Source: a virus
Lineage: Duplodnaviria; Caudoviricetes
DNA: 64,000 nucleotides
IMG/VR virus record: IMGVR_UViG_3300010150_000009
Span: 47,596-111,595 of that record
Direction: 5' to 3' (one strand)
This document shows, piece after piece, positions 37,744 through 47,202 of this stretch (position 1 is its first letter; each line of letters begins with the position of its first letter). A program made the position numbers and the translations under genes. Below the pieces are notes generated by a model, which had not been told where the DNA came from, searched no databases, and saw only the letters and a program-made list of their open reading frames with translations.

Positions 37744-38615
37744 TATGTTCCCCATGCGTTACCAAACAGATCTGAATGTAGCCTTGGGCTATATCTCATA
37801 CCATGTTTCATAACTGCTTCTGCTACTGTGATAGCATTTCCTTTATAATCTTCATATAATCCACCAACTGGCATACAATAAACAGGACACTCTACGCCTG
37901 CCTCTTTATATACTGCTACCGCCTTTTCTACTTCTATCATACTTTCTTCACTATCAATAACAAACTTAAAATACATATCAGATCCAGGCACGTTGAAGTA
38001 TTGTGCCGCTACCTCAGATTTAATAGCATCTTCCCATTGTTCGCCGCTAGGCGATAGTTTAGGCGAACAAGACCATGTAAAGAAAGGTCTATTGGATTTT
38101 TGCCATTGTAACCAAGAGGTGTAGTTTCCCATATATTCGGCAAACTCGCCTTTTAAACTTTTGGTAGTGTTAGTCTCAAATGTAACATTTTTTAAATCTT
38201 GCATACGCTCGTGTGCAAACAAAGCGGGATATATCTTTTGCCACATCATAGGCTCACCACCCGTAATAACCAAATGTATGTCTTGCCCATTTGGCATCAT
38301 CCAACTACCATTAGGAGTTATCTTTAATAAGTTATCTACCAATCCATCTAAATCTACATCAGTTGCTAGATGTTTAAATCGTGTATCCCAACTTGCGTAA
38401 CTATCACAACCTGTGCTTACTAGTGGTAAATCATCAAAGTGTGTATACTTAGAAGCATCTACATTAAGACGCTCTTCGCTTAGTTCACCACGTGGCATAC
38501 CAAATCCTTGACATTTTAAGTTACAACCAAATAAACGTAAGAATACAGACGGCACGCCTGTAAACTTACCCTCACCTTGTAAACTATAAAATATTTCAGT
38601 GTATCGTATTTTCAT
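37743..38615 (-). CDS. queE: 7-carboxy-7-deazaguanine synthase (radical SAM)
   Basis: EIFYSLQGEGKFTGVPSVFLRLFGCNLKC...GCDSYASW, VITGGEP, FETN, SPKL, SPRLH. Confidence 0.93.
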   Translation of the reverse strand: MKIRYTEIFYSLQGEGKFTGVPSVFLRLFGCNLKCQGFGMPRGELSEERLNVDASKYTHFDDLPLVSTGCDSYASWDTRFKHLATDVDLDGLVDNLLKITPNGSWMMPNGQDIHLVITGGEPMMWQKIYPALFAHERMQDLKNVTFETNTTKSLKGEFAEYMGNYTSWLQWQKSNRPFFTWSCSPKLSPSGEQWEDAIKSEVAAQYFNVPGSDMYFKFVIDSEESMIEVEKAVAVYKEAGVECPVYCMPVGGLYEDYKGNAITVAEAVMKHGMRYSPRLHSDLFGNAWGT

Positions 38616-38959
38616 TGTTTCTTTTTCTTTTCTTTATCTGGAGTGGATTTTTTCCAAGCATCTCCAAATAATTCATTTAATGGTGTTGCTTGGTGTTCTT
38701 CTCTACTCATACCCCAACTAGGTCCTTTTAAAAATCTTTGCCATTGCATTCTAATCTTATCTTCTTCTTCCCTCCACTCTTTCTTTTCTTGTTCTAACTG
38801 TTTAGGAAGACTATCTACTATTTTAACAGATTCTACTAAATTGTCAACTACTTCTACAATGTTTGGGTGCCTAAACCAACTATAAAACCAGTGTTTTTCA
38901 ACTAGTTTTTTGAGACTATCGTTTATTAATTCTTTCGTTTTATCTATATCATCTTGCAT
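38612..38959 (-). CDS. Hypothetical protein
   Basis: 115-aa ORF overlapping both neighbours. Confidence 0.6.
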   Translation of the reverse strand: MQDDIDKTKELINDSLKKLVEKHWFYSWFRHPNIVEVVDNLVESVKIVDSLPKQLEQEKKEWREEEDKIRMQWQRFLKGPSWGMSREEHQATPLNELFGDAWKKSTPDKEKKKKQ

Positions 38960-40139
38960 AACTCTCTATGCCTCCCTCTCTGTGTATGTCCAATGTTAGG
39001 CAATGCAACCCGCCGTCCCAAAAGAACCTGTGTCTAAATGGAGTTACAATAGGTTCTACGTTGTGCTTTTTAAACCACTTAAATAGTTCTTCATTTTCAG
39101 TTAAGCATAGTACAGTCTCAGGATTAACCATTAGTACGTTAACATCCCATACTGTTTCTTCACAAAAGCCTACCCATTCGCTAAACCACTTGTCTACGTA
39201 GTCAATAAGTTCGTCGTTGTGTTCCTCACCAGGTATCCACCACTTGCCTTGAACTTTATCTTTAATTTCTAAAAATGGAGACATGTTAGACCACTGCGTG
39301 TCTGGCAAGTAAAAGACATCCCAGTTTGGAAAATACTTTTTAAATTGCAATGCTTCTCCATTAGATACAAATGCGCCGGGTTTTATAGGTGCGTATATAC
39401 CATCCGAATGCCCGTCGTTAAAAGCAGTTATGATATTATAACTGTCTTTAAACTCGTTTCTAAACCATTTATATGTTGTGTTGGGCAATCCATCTAATAT
39501 AATAGTATCACCTAGTTTAACAATGTTAGGCCCTTGGTTCCAAAAATCAAATCTTGTAGTGTTATCGACGCCGTAATCATTAATAACATTGCCTTTATAC
39601 GATTCTATTTCCTCATATAAAGTCTCAAAAAATAATACGTTTGCCCTGCCTGGTCCTGCTATTTTATTATCAGTTAAACAACTTAAATCTCGTTGCCTTA
39701 AAATATAGAAATTGTCATTAACAACAACCTGTTCATCTCTCGGAAACAACGGTGGTTTAGTTAGGAAACCTGGATTTTCATATATGTCGTAGTCTTGTAA
39801 GTATTTTTTAACTCCGTCGTTGTCCTGCAACTGTGGCATGTCTTGTAACACTCTGTTGACGTCAACTTCTAAATTACGGTCAACAGCATCACCACCAACC
39901 TTGTAAATATTATATACTTGATCAAAGTCAAACACACGCGGGCGTTTTACGGTCACGCCATAACTTTCTAATACTTCTTTAATGTTCTCTAAATCTTCTA
40001 TAGTCTCTTCAGTGATTTGTCGTAGAACATTTTTTACTTTTGTATTATCAACGTAGTCAAAGAACTCCGGACGATAGCAATCGCCTAGCCAACATTCTTT
40101 AAGTGGCTGGAATCCTGTGTTACAATTGATTACACCCAT
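38949..40139 (-). CDS. Amidinotransferase (glycine/inosamine-phosphate amidinotransferase, pentein family)
   Basis: FQPLKECWLG, GVTVKRP, FPRD, GHSDG, DVNVL, DGGLHCLTLD (His/Cys catalytic residues). Confidence 0.85.
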   Translation of the reverse strand: MGVINCNTGFQPLKECWLGDCYRPEFFDYVDNTKVKNVLRQITEETIEDLENIKEVLESYGVTVKRPRVFDFDQVYNIYKVGGDAVDRNLEVDVNRVLQDMPQLQDNDGVKKYLQDYDIYENPGFLTKPPLFPRDEQVVVNDNFYILRQRDLSCLTDNKIAGPGRANVLFFETLYEEIESYKGNVINDYGVDNTTRFDFWNQGPNIVKLGDTIILDGLPNTTYKWFRNEFKDSYNIITAFNDGHSDGIYAPIKPGAFVSNGEALQFKKYFPNWDVFYLPDTQWSNMSPFLEIKDKVQGKWWIPGEEHNDELIDYVDKWFSEWVGFCEETVWDVNVLMVNPETVLCLTENEELFKWFKKHNVEPIVTPFRHRFFWDGGLHCLTLDIHREGGIESYAR

Positions 40140-40606
40140 CCAGTAAACCCTGCTTCAGGGTTATGATAGGTTGAACTGTTCTTGTCATTTTCTCTTGCTT
40201 CCACGCTAATAACCCATGCTCTGCCGCCTGTTCTTTCACGCAACCATCCATCAGCATAATTGCAGATACGCATAGCAGTGCCTTCCATACCTGGTCCTTC
40301 CTCTTGTACAATCAACTTACATACACCTGCGTTGTGTAGCATTTGGAATGTTTCCATATATGGATCATCGTGATCAATGACAAACGTATGATCGTAGTTT
40401 TCTTCTAACCATCTTTTCAGTTCTTTTAAATCGCTGTAGTCTACAAGAAACCCTTCCTTTGTCATAGTGTGTGCGCCAAATGTAAAATGGAAACTACGAC
40501 TATAGCCGTGTATCATAGCGCAGTTTCCATCATGCTTATGCTGTCTATGGGCACATGGAAAGTTGTAAAATGTTTTTGTAGATGTGAATTCGGGTAACCC
40601 GCTCAT
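40130..40606 (-). CDS. queD: 6-carboxy-5,6,7,8-tetrahydropterin synthase
   Basis: CAHRQ..NCAMIHGY, VDYSDLK, DHTF, EAREN. Confidence 0.88.
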   Translation of the reverse strand: MSGLPEFTSTKTFYNFPCAHRQHKHDGNCAMIHGYSRSFHFTFGAHTMTKEGFLVDYSDLKELKRWLEENYDHTFVIDHDDPYMETFQMLHNAGVCKLIVQEEGPGMEGTAMRICNYADGWLRERTGGRAWVISVEARENDKNSSTYHNPEAGFTGWV

Positions 40607-40617
40607 TTATTTTCTCC

Positions 40618-41145
40618 TTAGTTGCAAATTTCTCTGTTATATAAATCTATTACTGCTTCGTTTGTTTGTGGATTTAGTACCCATCCACCATGCTTATTCA
40701 TTATATCTCCGTAATTGACTTTTGGATGTCCTAATATACCAATACAGTGTCCTATTTCGTGTGCTAAAGTATTATATAAAGCACCACATTTGTTTAAATC
40801 ATTATACATTAACGGATTTAAATAAATGTTGCAGTATTGCATCTGTCCATTATGTGTCTTCCATTCCGAGTATGCACAATGATCATTATTGTAGGCAAAT
40901 CCAGCAAATCTTATCTGTCCAAGTTTACCATAATTAAAAGTTAAACCGGCACCTTTCCATATAGCACCAGCATTTCGCCATTCTATATTATCGACACTGA
41001 TGTTAATATTTTTACTTGGCCATTTTGCACCATACAAACTATTAACATCAACGCATTTAGACACTCCAATTGTAGAAGAACCGCTACACCCTGCTAACAA
41101 TGCTATAGCGAATCCTAGTATTTTAAATAAATTTTTTCTTACCAT
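40618..41145 (-). CDS. Matrixin-like zinc metalloprotease lipoprotein
   Basis: Lipobox LAGC, HEIGHCIGILGH, Met-turn DIM. Confidence 0.75.
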   Translation of the reverse strand: MVRKNLFKILGFAIALLAGCSGSSTIGVSKCVDVNSLYGAKWPSKNINISVDNIEWRNAGAIWKGAGLTFNYGKLGQIRFAGFAYNNDHCAYSEWKTHNGQMQYCNIYLNPLMYNDLNKCGALYNTLAHEIGHCIGILGHPKVNYGDIMNKHGGWVLNPQTNEAVIDLYNREICN

Positions 41146-41149
41146 AAAG

Positions 41150-41177
41150 AAAGGGGCAGGGCAAGCCATACCCCTTA
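41150..41177 (-). terminator. Probable terminator after yhhQ
   Basis: aagggg..cccctt stem followed by TTCTTT on the minus strand. Confidence 0.45.
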
Positions 41178-41182
41178 TCCAT

Positions 41183-41803
41183 CTAAGCCTTTACTTTGCC
41201 TTGTAAGTATTTTAATAAAACACCATACGCTGGTAAGAATACAACTAATCCAACGACAATCTTAGTTAACGTTTGGTTAAACGCCACTGCTGATAGCCAA
41301 TCTGCTGGGTAGAACGCTGTATAAAAGAATGAATATGTATCAATAATGTTTGCCGCAACTGTTGAGATTGCAGGTGCCGCCCACCACATATCTGTGTACT
41401 TGTCGCGAATATGTTGAAATACATATACATCTAACGTAGTGCCAACGCCATAGGCAACACCACTTGCTAAACCAATTCTCAATGCTTTTTCCATTGGAGC
41501 ACCGCCAAGTGCGATAACTGCAATACTAGCAATAATAGCAGGAATAACTGCCATTGCAACTACTGCTCTACCGGTTTGCTTACCTAACATACGAACTGTT
41601 AAGTCTGTAGCAATAACTACTAACGGAAACGTAAACGCGGCCGCCGCTAGTGGAAACTCACCAAAGAACGGTAAAGCCGCCCCTGGGAATAAGTTAAATT
41701 TGAATTGTACCAAGTAGTTACTGATAGCAATTACAATGGTGTGCATAATCACTAGATTACGTACTAGTGTTTTGTCAACACCTTCTAAATATTTTGATAA
41801 CAT
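41183..41803 (-). CDS. yhhQ: Queuosine-precursor (preQ0/preQ1) transporter, VUT family
   Basis: IAISNYLVQ, AFTFP..ATDLTVR..G, RIGLAS..AY, LDVYVF, STVAANIIDT, FLPAYGVLL. Confidence 0.88.
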   Translation of the reverse strand: MLSKYLEGVDKTLVRNLVIMHTIVIAISNYLVQFKFNLFPGAALPFFGEFPLAAAAFTFPLVVIATDLTVRMLGKQTGRAVVAMAVIPAIIASIAVIALGGAPMEKALRIGLASGVAYGVGTTLDVYVFQHIRDKYTDMWWAAPAISTVAANIIDTYSFFYTAFYPADWLSAVAFNQTLTKIVVGLVVFLPAYGVLLKYLQGKVKA

Positions 41804-41838
41804 CTATTTCCTCCTTAATTGAATAACTAATGTTCTCA

Positions 41839-42381
41839 TTACCAATTCTTATCACTCCACCAATTTTCCCATGGGAAAACTATCCATGAAGGCGATTCTG
41901 TCTTATTAATAATAAGAGAAGAATAAGATATATTCTTAAAACTACTGCCTTCATTATTAACTAGTGAAGAAAATCGAACATTGGAACCCCACACGCTTTT
42001 CCATGGCACTCTGCCAGGAATTCCTGCGTTTTCCCAATCTTGTTTTATCCAGTTAAACGTTGCTCCGGAATCATTAATATCATCAACAATAAGAATATTG
42101 CGAGGATCGATGATTTCTTCGTAGGTAAAACTGGAACTGTCTATGCCGACGGCATCTGTCGCCATTTGCATGTTTGTTTCTGGGTCGCCTCCATCTCTTA
42201 ATCTTACATCCAATGTATACATGTTTGTTTTAAGATAGTGGCTTAACATTGTAGCAGGAGTTAGTCCTCCCCTTGTGATGCCCACAATGTAATCAGGACG
42301 CCAATTACTGTCATAAATTTGTTGTACTAAATCTAATACTTGTGACTTTATGTCTTGGGTATTTAGATGTATCATTTTCAT
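41839..42381 (-). CDS. Type I phosphoribosyltransferase (xanthine-guanine PRT-like)
   Basis: IVGITRGGL, ILIVDDINDSGAT (PRPP loop), WIVFPWE. Confidence 0.9.
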   Translation of the reverse strand: MKMIHLNTQDIKSQVLDLVQQIYDSNWRPDYIVGITRGGLTPATMLSHYLKTNMYTLDVRLRDGGDPETNMQMATDAVGIDSSSFTYEEIIDPRNILIVDDINDSGATFNWIKQDWENAGIPGRVPWKSVWGSNVRFSSLVNNEGSSFKNISYSSLIINKTESPSWIVFPWENWWSDKNW

Positions 42382-42401
42382 ATGGTATTTAACCTTTTTC
42401 G

Positions 42402-43088
42402 CTACCGCGGCGCAAATTCTTGCTGTAGTTTAATGTTATCAAAGAATTCTTTCTTTGTGCTTGCATCGTCCTTAAATGAGCCACGCAATACAGTAGTTTG
42501 TGTTAAACTAGAATGTGCCATTATGCCACGATTCTCACAGCACCCGTGTGTTGCTTGTATATAAACTCCTACATTTGTAGACCCAGTTGCTTTCTGTATT
42601 TCATTAGCAATAACATTGTTAAGTTCTTCTTGCAGTGTTCCGCGTCTAGCACACCATTGTGCGATGCGTGTATACTTGCTCAGTCCGATTAGTTTATCTG
42701 CGGCAATAATACCAATATACGCAACACCTGCTACTGGTTGGTGATGATGTGAGCACATACTTTTTAATTCGCTTCTTACAACAAGCATGCCTTCATAACC
42801 TTCTTCTAAATGGTTAGGAAACGCTGTTGCGTTAGGCATAGGATCATAACGCCCGCTCATAAGTTCGTTTACGTACATCTTTGCTAAACGCCTAGGTGTG
42901 TCTTGGGAGTTAGGATCGTTATGCCTATCAATAAGTAGACAATCTATTACTTCTTCGAACTTCTCTGTAAGTTCTAAAACAAGTAATTCCTTGTCACTTT
43001 CGTTCATATACTGAGAAATATTATCGCCTGCCCAAAAACGTCCGTTATCTTCAAATATTCTATTTCTAATTGCTCTACTAATGCTCAT
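42402..43088 (-). CDS. folE: GTP cyclohydrolase I
   Basis: DTPRRLAKMY, SMCSHH, GLSKYTR, LQE, HGCCENRG. Confidence 0.95.
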   Translation of the reverse strand: MSISRAIRNRIFEDNGRFWAGDNISQYMNESDKELLVLELTEKFEEVIDCLLIDRHNDPNSQDTPRRLAKMYVNELMSGRYDPMPNATAFPNHLEEGYEGMLVVRSELKSMCSHHHQPVAGVAYIGIIAADKLIGLSKYTRIAQWCARRGTLQEELNNVIANEIQKATGSTNVGVYIQATHGCCENRGIMAHSSLTQTTVLRGSFKDDASTKKEFFDNIKLQQEFAPR

Positions 43089-43110
43089 ACTTTCTCCTTA
43101 TTATTATTAT

Positions 43111-43139
43111 ATTATAAAGGTTATTTAGACAAATGTCAA
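43111..43139 (-). promoter_or_regulatory. Sigma70-type promoter for the folE operon
   Basis: TTGACA-17-TATAAT, with SD AAGGAG. Confidence 0.8.
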
Positions 43140-43149
43140 ATATAATTGA

Positions 43150-44229
43150 TTAAATGGCATTTTTTCTGATCAAATTATGAATCATAATATTAGCATTCAG
43201 ATAATCTTTCTTTAAAATTTCTACCTGTTCTTTTAATTCATTTTTCTTAATTATGTCATATCTTGCCATTAAGTCTTCAATGAAGTTCATTAGTTCATCT
43301 TTGTGCTTGCGGTAATTTTCTTCTCCATCAGTCCACACACTAGGATACTTGAATATATCCAAGTACATTTCTTTATAACTTGCTCTGTCAGGAACAATAG
43401 GTATTGCTCCTGCCAAACAGCCTTCCATCATGCTAATACCTAAGTTTTCATGTAGACTGCAACTAAAAACAGCCATTGCTTTTCCCATAACTGCGTAATA
43501 ATCTTCTTTGCTTAGATTCATCTTTTGTGTTATGTATACCGTAATCTCTTGGTGATTGCTTATATCCTCCACAATAAATGGTTGTTTATCCTCATTGTAT
43601 CGATGCGGCCACATAATCACAAAGTCTTTGCTAGTATTGTAATATGGCTCTAATTGTGTAATTATAGGGTTATGTGGTTGTCCACTTCTTATTGCTTTTG
43701 TCGATCTATGATTTAAATTAAGATTACGTAAAAACATTTCTCTATGGAAATTAGTAGCATAATAGTTATAATCCAATGCGTGATACCACGCTTGCTCTTG
43801 GACATTACACCACGGCTTTGACATTTTAAGACCTAAAATATCAGTCGGATCGTATGCGCCTGCATGCCATATTCCGTGTATTTCTACAGGTATGTCAAGC
43901 AGTTCGCTCATATACTTGATGGGCGTTACAATAAAGTTCCATGCGTCAGTGATTAAAAATTTATCGCCGGCTTTGATTTCACCGCGACTAAACATTTCAC
44001 TTACTCGCGCAGTTTGGCTTGCCTTGTATTGGTTAGTTTTTCCAAAATCAAGGAACGCACCGCTTGTGGTTTTATCTTCTAAAGTAACTCCATCAATGTT
44101 CTTGACTACGTAATCAGCACCGGTGCGCTGAATTTCTTCTTCAAGAAGTAGTGGAATATTGTCATACCATTGTTTAGTATATCGTTGGTCGATAGGTTCT
44201 ATGGGTATAATGTAAATTGTATTTGTCAT
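43150..44229 (-). CDS. GT-B (GT4-like) glycosyltransferase
   Basis: WPHRYNEDKQP, SLHENLGISMMEG (Ex7E), PIVPDRASYKEMY. Confidence 0.82.
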   Translation of the reverse strand: MTNTIYIIPIEPIDQRYTKQWYDNIPLLLEEEIQRTGADYVVKNIDGVTLEDKTTSGAFLDFGKTNQYKASQTARVSEMFSRGEIKAGDKFLITDAWNFIVTPIKYMSELLDIPVEIHGIWHAGAYDPTDILGLKMSKPWCNVQEQAWYHALDYNYYATNFHREMFLRNLNLNHRSTKAIRSGQPHNPIITQLEPYYNTSKDFVIMWPHRYNEDKQPFIVEDISNHQEITVYITQKMNLSKEDYYAVMGKAMAVFSCSLHENLGISMMEGCLAGAIPIVPDRASYKEMYLDIFKYPSVWTDGEENYRKHKDELMNFIEDLMARYDIIKKNELKEQVEILKKDYLNANIMIHNLIRKNAI

Positions 44230-44768
44230 GCCTTAAACCATTCTGGTTGTTGTCGGTTCTTGTTCCACGTAGCAAACGCGGCTTTTTCTCCCATATAAAA
44301 ATTTCTATATGATTGTATTATATCGTCACACTTATATTGCTCTGGCATACATAATGGAAGTTGAGTAAGTGGGCCATCAGGAATACCCGCAGGTGGTGTT
44401 TCTAAATAATCAAACAACTCCCAAGACTTATGCATCTTTTTATACCTATACAAATATTCTAATAACATCTCATGCCATAGTTTAAAATGCCATTTGTAGT
44501 TTTCCTTTGTTTCCATTGTCCACAACGTACAAGGATGTTTGGCGTGTGCTACTTTGTATAGTGTTTTTTCTTTTACTCGATCTGCTAATTTAAAATACTT
44601 TACCATACGTTTGCCAGAAACAGACGGCCGTAACTCTTCAGTTCCTTCTAAAATACGGTGTGCAGTCGATAACATCTGACCGCTCTCAACTGGCATTTTT
44701 ACAGCATGTTTATCACATTGCATCTCTGCAATTTCTCGTTGTGTTTCAGCAACACCAAACATATTCAT
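44226..44768 (-). CDS. Pyrimidine-dimer DNA glycosylase-like (DenV-related) protein
   Basis: CDKHAVKMPVESGQMLSTAHR, HPCTLW, EYLYRYKKMH, SYRNFY, PEWF. Confidence 0.75.
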   Translation of the reverse strand: MNMFGVAETQREIAEMQCDKHAVKMPVESGQMLSTAHRILEGTEELRPSVSGKRMVKYFKLADRVKEKTLYKVAHAKHPCTLWTMETKENYKWHFKLWHEMLLEYLYRYKKMHKSWELFDYLETPPAGIPDGPLTQLPLCMPEQYKCDDIIQSYRNFYMGEKAAFATWNKNRQQPEWFKA

Positions 44769-45220
44769 TGATATAAACGCTCTATGTCTTGTTCCTCACA
44801 CAGGTCACCATATTGTATTTCTATAATACTTAATTCCTTATTAGAAGGATTAATTAATTGATGCCATTCGCCTACTGGTATGTGTAAGTACTCGTGTTTA
44901 CGTAATACGATAGTCCAACAATCATGTTCTATTAACTCTTCTCTCCTAAGAAGGTCTCCACGAGAGCAAGACTCTTGATAGTCGGTCGACAGAATCACGC
45001 GAGCAATGCCCTCATTTACAAGCCAAAATTCACTTCTATGTTTGTGACGTTGGAAACTTAAACAGGTATTAGGCTTTACAACTAACTCTTTAACTTTAGT
45101 ATTTTTAAAGTTAGCAATAATGTCGTAAAACCCCCAAACTCGTTCAACTGTGGTTCCCCACCGGCCTACCTTACCTTCTGCGATCATATCTTTGACCGTT
45201 TCGATCGGAACGATGGTCAT
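44765..45220 (-). CDS. Mannose-6-phosphate isomerase type II-like cupin
   Basis: RVWGFY, KVKELVV.P, LSFQRHKHRSEFW, HQLINP, IIEIQYG..EQDIER. Confidence 0.82.
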   Translation of the reverse strand: MTIVPIETVKDMIAEGKVGRWGTTVERVWGFYDIIANFKNTKVKELVVKPNTCLSFQRHKHRSEFWLVNEGIARVILSTDYQESCSRGDLLRREELIEHDCWTIVLRKHEYLHIPVGEWHQLINPSNKELSIIEIQYGDLCEEQDIERLYQ

Positions 45221-45422
45221 TTCCTTTTTTATGATACCTAGGCTTAAAATGCGGATATCCTGGCCAATATCTTGCCTTTCCGGATTCTTTCCATCGAAGG
45301 AAATCACTGTAAGGACTCTTTTCCTTATACAAATGTGCCTCATCAAAGACACGCCCAAATTGACGACAGAAGTCGCGATACTCGTCCAAATCTTTAAAGA
45401 TTTGTTTAACTGCTGGTTTCAT
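45171..45422 (-). CDS. Hypothetical phage protein
   Basis: IFKDLDEYRDFCRQFGRVFDEAHLY. Confidence 0.65.
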   Translation of the reverse strand: MKPAVKQIFKDLDEYRDFCRQFGRVFDEAHLYKEKSPYSDFLRWKESGKARYWPGYPHFKPRYHKKGNDHRSDRNGQRYDRRR

Positions 45423-45446
45423 AACAGCACCTTTATTTTTATTATA

Positions 45447-45896
45447 TTAGTTAATGTTATCATAAGCGATGATAGGGTAGACGCAATTGCATCCATTTTC
45501 GTCATCTTCGCTTACATCTATTTGAACTTCTCTACCTTTATAACGCTCATTGATTGCTAAGTAGAGATCGTCCGCTATCATTTCACAGGACTTGTAGTCT
45601 AATTGTAAAGTGCCTGTGGAATAAAGATTTTCTAACCATCGTTTAAATTGAATAAATTCAATATCACGATCGTCATGAAACACTTCAATAGCAACTTTGA
45701 AGTGGAATGTGTGTCTATGCGGGTATCCTAAAAACGATACGTCATACTCATCACCCGTTGCTAATGCCGGATCTTCCAATGCGGCGGGATACTTGTGTAT
45801 TCCTTCTTTGGTAAACTTTACCCAAATCATTTTAGGCATCTGTTGTAGTTTTTCTCGTAATAGAGCCTTGTGGTGTTCTTCTACGTTAAAGTCCAT
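45447..45896 (-). CDS. dpdL: T-fold QueD paralog, DpdL-like (putative CDG decarboxylase)
   Basis: EGIHKYP, LGYPHRHTF (LxxxHRHxF), DRDIEFIQFK, SCEMIA, VSEDDENG. Confidence 0.7.
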   Translation of the reverse strand: MDFNVEEHHKALLREKLQQMPKMIWVKFTKEGIHKYPAALEDPALATGDEYDVSFLGYPHRHTFHFKVAIEVFHDDRDIEFIQFKRWLENLYSTGTLQLDYKSCEMIADDLYLAINERYKGREVQIDVSEDDENGCNCVYPIIAYDNIN

Positions 45897-45898
45897 TT

Positions 45899-46240
45899 TT
45901 ATTCCTTAAATGGTTGTGTTGATATAAGATGTTCTTTGTCTGTTTTGTCACGCCAGTCATCGCTTCCTGGCATTGGACCTTTTGTTTTTGTAATGTTAGG
46001 CCACTCTAATGAATATTTTCTATTAAACTCTAGAAAGTCAATAGAGCCTGTTTGTTTATAATCATTGTCAGGATCAATGGCACCGATTGGGCATTCTGGT
46101 TCACAGACACCGCAATCGATGCACTCATCCGGATGTATGACTAATGTATTCTCTCCTTCGTAAAAGCAATCAACTGGGCAAACTTCTACACAATCAGTTA
46201 GTTTGCACTTGACACACTTTTCATTTACAATGTAAGTCAT
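45899..46240 (-). CDS. fdxA: 7Fe ferredoxin (FdxA type)
   Basis: [40 protein letters not shown]. Confidence 0.93.
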   Translation of the reverse strand: MTYIVNEKCVKCKLTDCVEVCPVDCFYEGENTLVIHPDECIDCGVCEPECPIGAIDPDNDYKQTGSIDFLEFNRKYSLEWPNITKTKGPMPGSDDWRDKTDKEHLISTQPFKE

Positions 46241-46249
46241 AATATAAAC

Positions 46250-46278
46250 ATTATACTATGACCATTTGATTGTGTCAA
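46250..46278 (-). promoter_or_regulatory. Sigma70-type promoter for the fdxA-dpdL operon
   Basis: TTGACA-17-TATAAT, 9 nt before the ATG. Confidence 0.78.
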
Positions 46279-46519
46279 GCAAAGAGTCATGATTTTTAAG
46301 GTAGCGTATTTTAATTTCATCGTTTGATATACCGTCCCAAACAAAATCTTCGCCATATATTAAACCAAGTTGTCCTAAGTGATTGCATATCATCGCAATT
46401 GCTTCTACTGTGCGATAGTTAGCATTTAAAGCACCGCCTTCTACGCTATTTCCGTTTGATTCTCCGATCCATCTATCTCGGCGGGTTATTTTATTTACTT
46501 TAAACTTCCCTAGTTCCAT
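46256..46519 (-). CDS. Hypothetical protein
   Basis: 87-aa ORF, GGALNANY..LIYGEDFVW. Confidence 0.6.
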   Translation of the reverse strand: MELGKFKVNKITRRDRWIGESNGNSVEGGALNANYRTVEAIAMICNHLGQLGLIYGEDFVWDGISNDEIKIRYLKNHDSLLDTIKWS

Positions 46520-46546
46520 AATTATTTTTACACTTATGTTACAATC

Positions 46547-47191
46547 TTAATAAACGGACCTAATCTCGTCAGCAATGCCATATTCCACTGCTTCTTCGGC
46601 ATTTAGCCACACATCTTGTGGTGGAAGTAATACTTCACGAATCTTCTTTTCAGAAAGTCCAGTACATTTTTTATAGTGCGTAATCATACGATCTGTTGAC
46701 ATTTCGAACTCACGTACAACTGCAAATAGTTCGTGTTCCTTACCACGTGATCCCCAACTATATTGGTGTGATAGAATAGAAGTATTAGGAGTAATAATTC
46801 TGTGTCCTTTTTGCCCTGCCATAAATGTAAGCACACCACATGATGCAATCATTCCTAACCCTACAGTTCTGACAGGAATAGCAGATCCTTTCATAACATC
46901 AATAAGAGCAAAAGCCGCATGTACTGCGCCGCCTGGGCTGTTAATCATAAGTGTTAAATGCTTTGGTCGCTGTTTCTTTGGTAGCATGTTTTTCTCGAGA
47001 ATAAAGCGAATTGCTACCGCACATGATTCCTCGTTAAATCCAGTCATAAACATATGTATATTGTTGTCATATAGTGGGTCACCTGATAATGGTTGACCTC
47101 TTGATCCAACTGGCGGTCCTGCTGGGCCACTCTTGTCTTCGTTAACTTCTTCTTGTGTTTGTACTGTTGCTTTTGCTTTTTTGGCTGCCAT
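46547..47191 (-). CDS. clpP: ClpP-like serine protease subunit
   Basis: INSPGG, GMIASCG (Ser), LSHQ (His), DVWLNAEEAVEYGIAD. Confidence 0.9.
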   Translation of the reverse strand: MAAKKAKATVQTQEEVNEDKSGPAGPPVGSRGQPLSGDPLYDNNIHMFMTGFNEESCAVAIRFILEKNMLPKKQRPKHLTLMINSPGGAVHAAFALIDVMKGSAIPVRTVGLGMIASCGVLTFMAGQKGHRIITPNTSILSHQYSWGSRGKEHELFAVVREFEMSTDRMITHYKKCTGLSEKKIREVLLPPQDVWLNAEEAVEYGIADEIRSVY

Positions 47192-47202
47192 TCTATTGCT
47201 CC

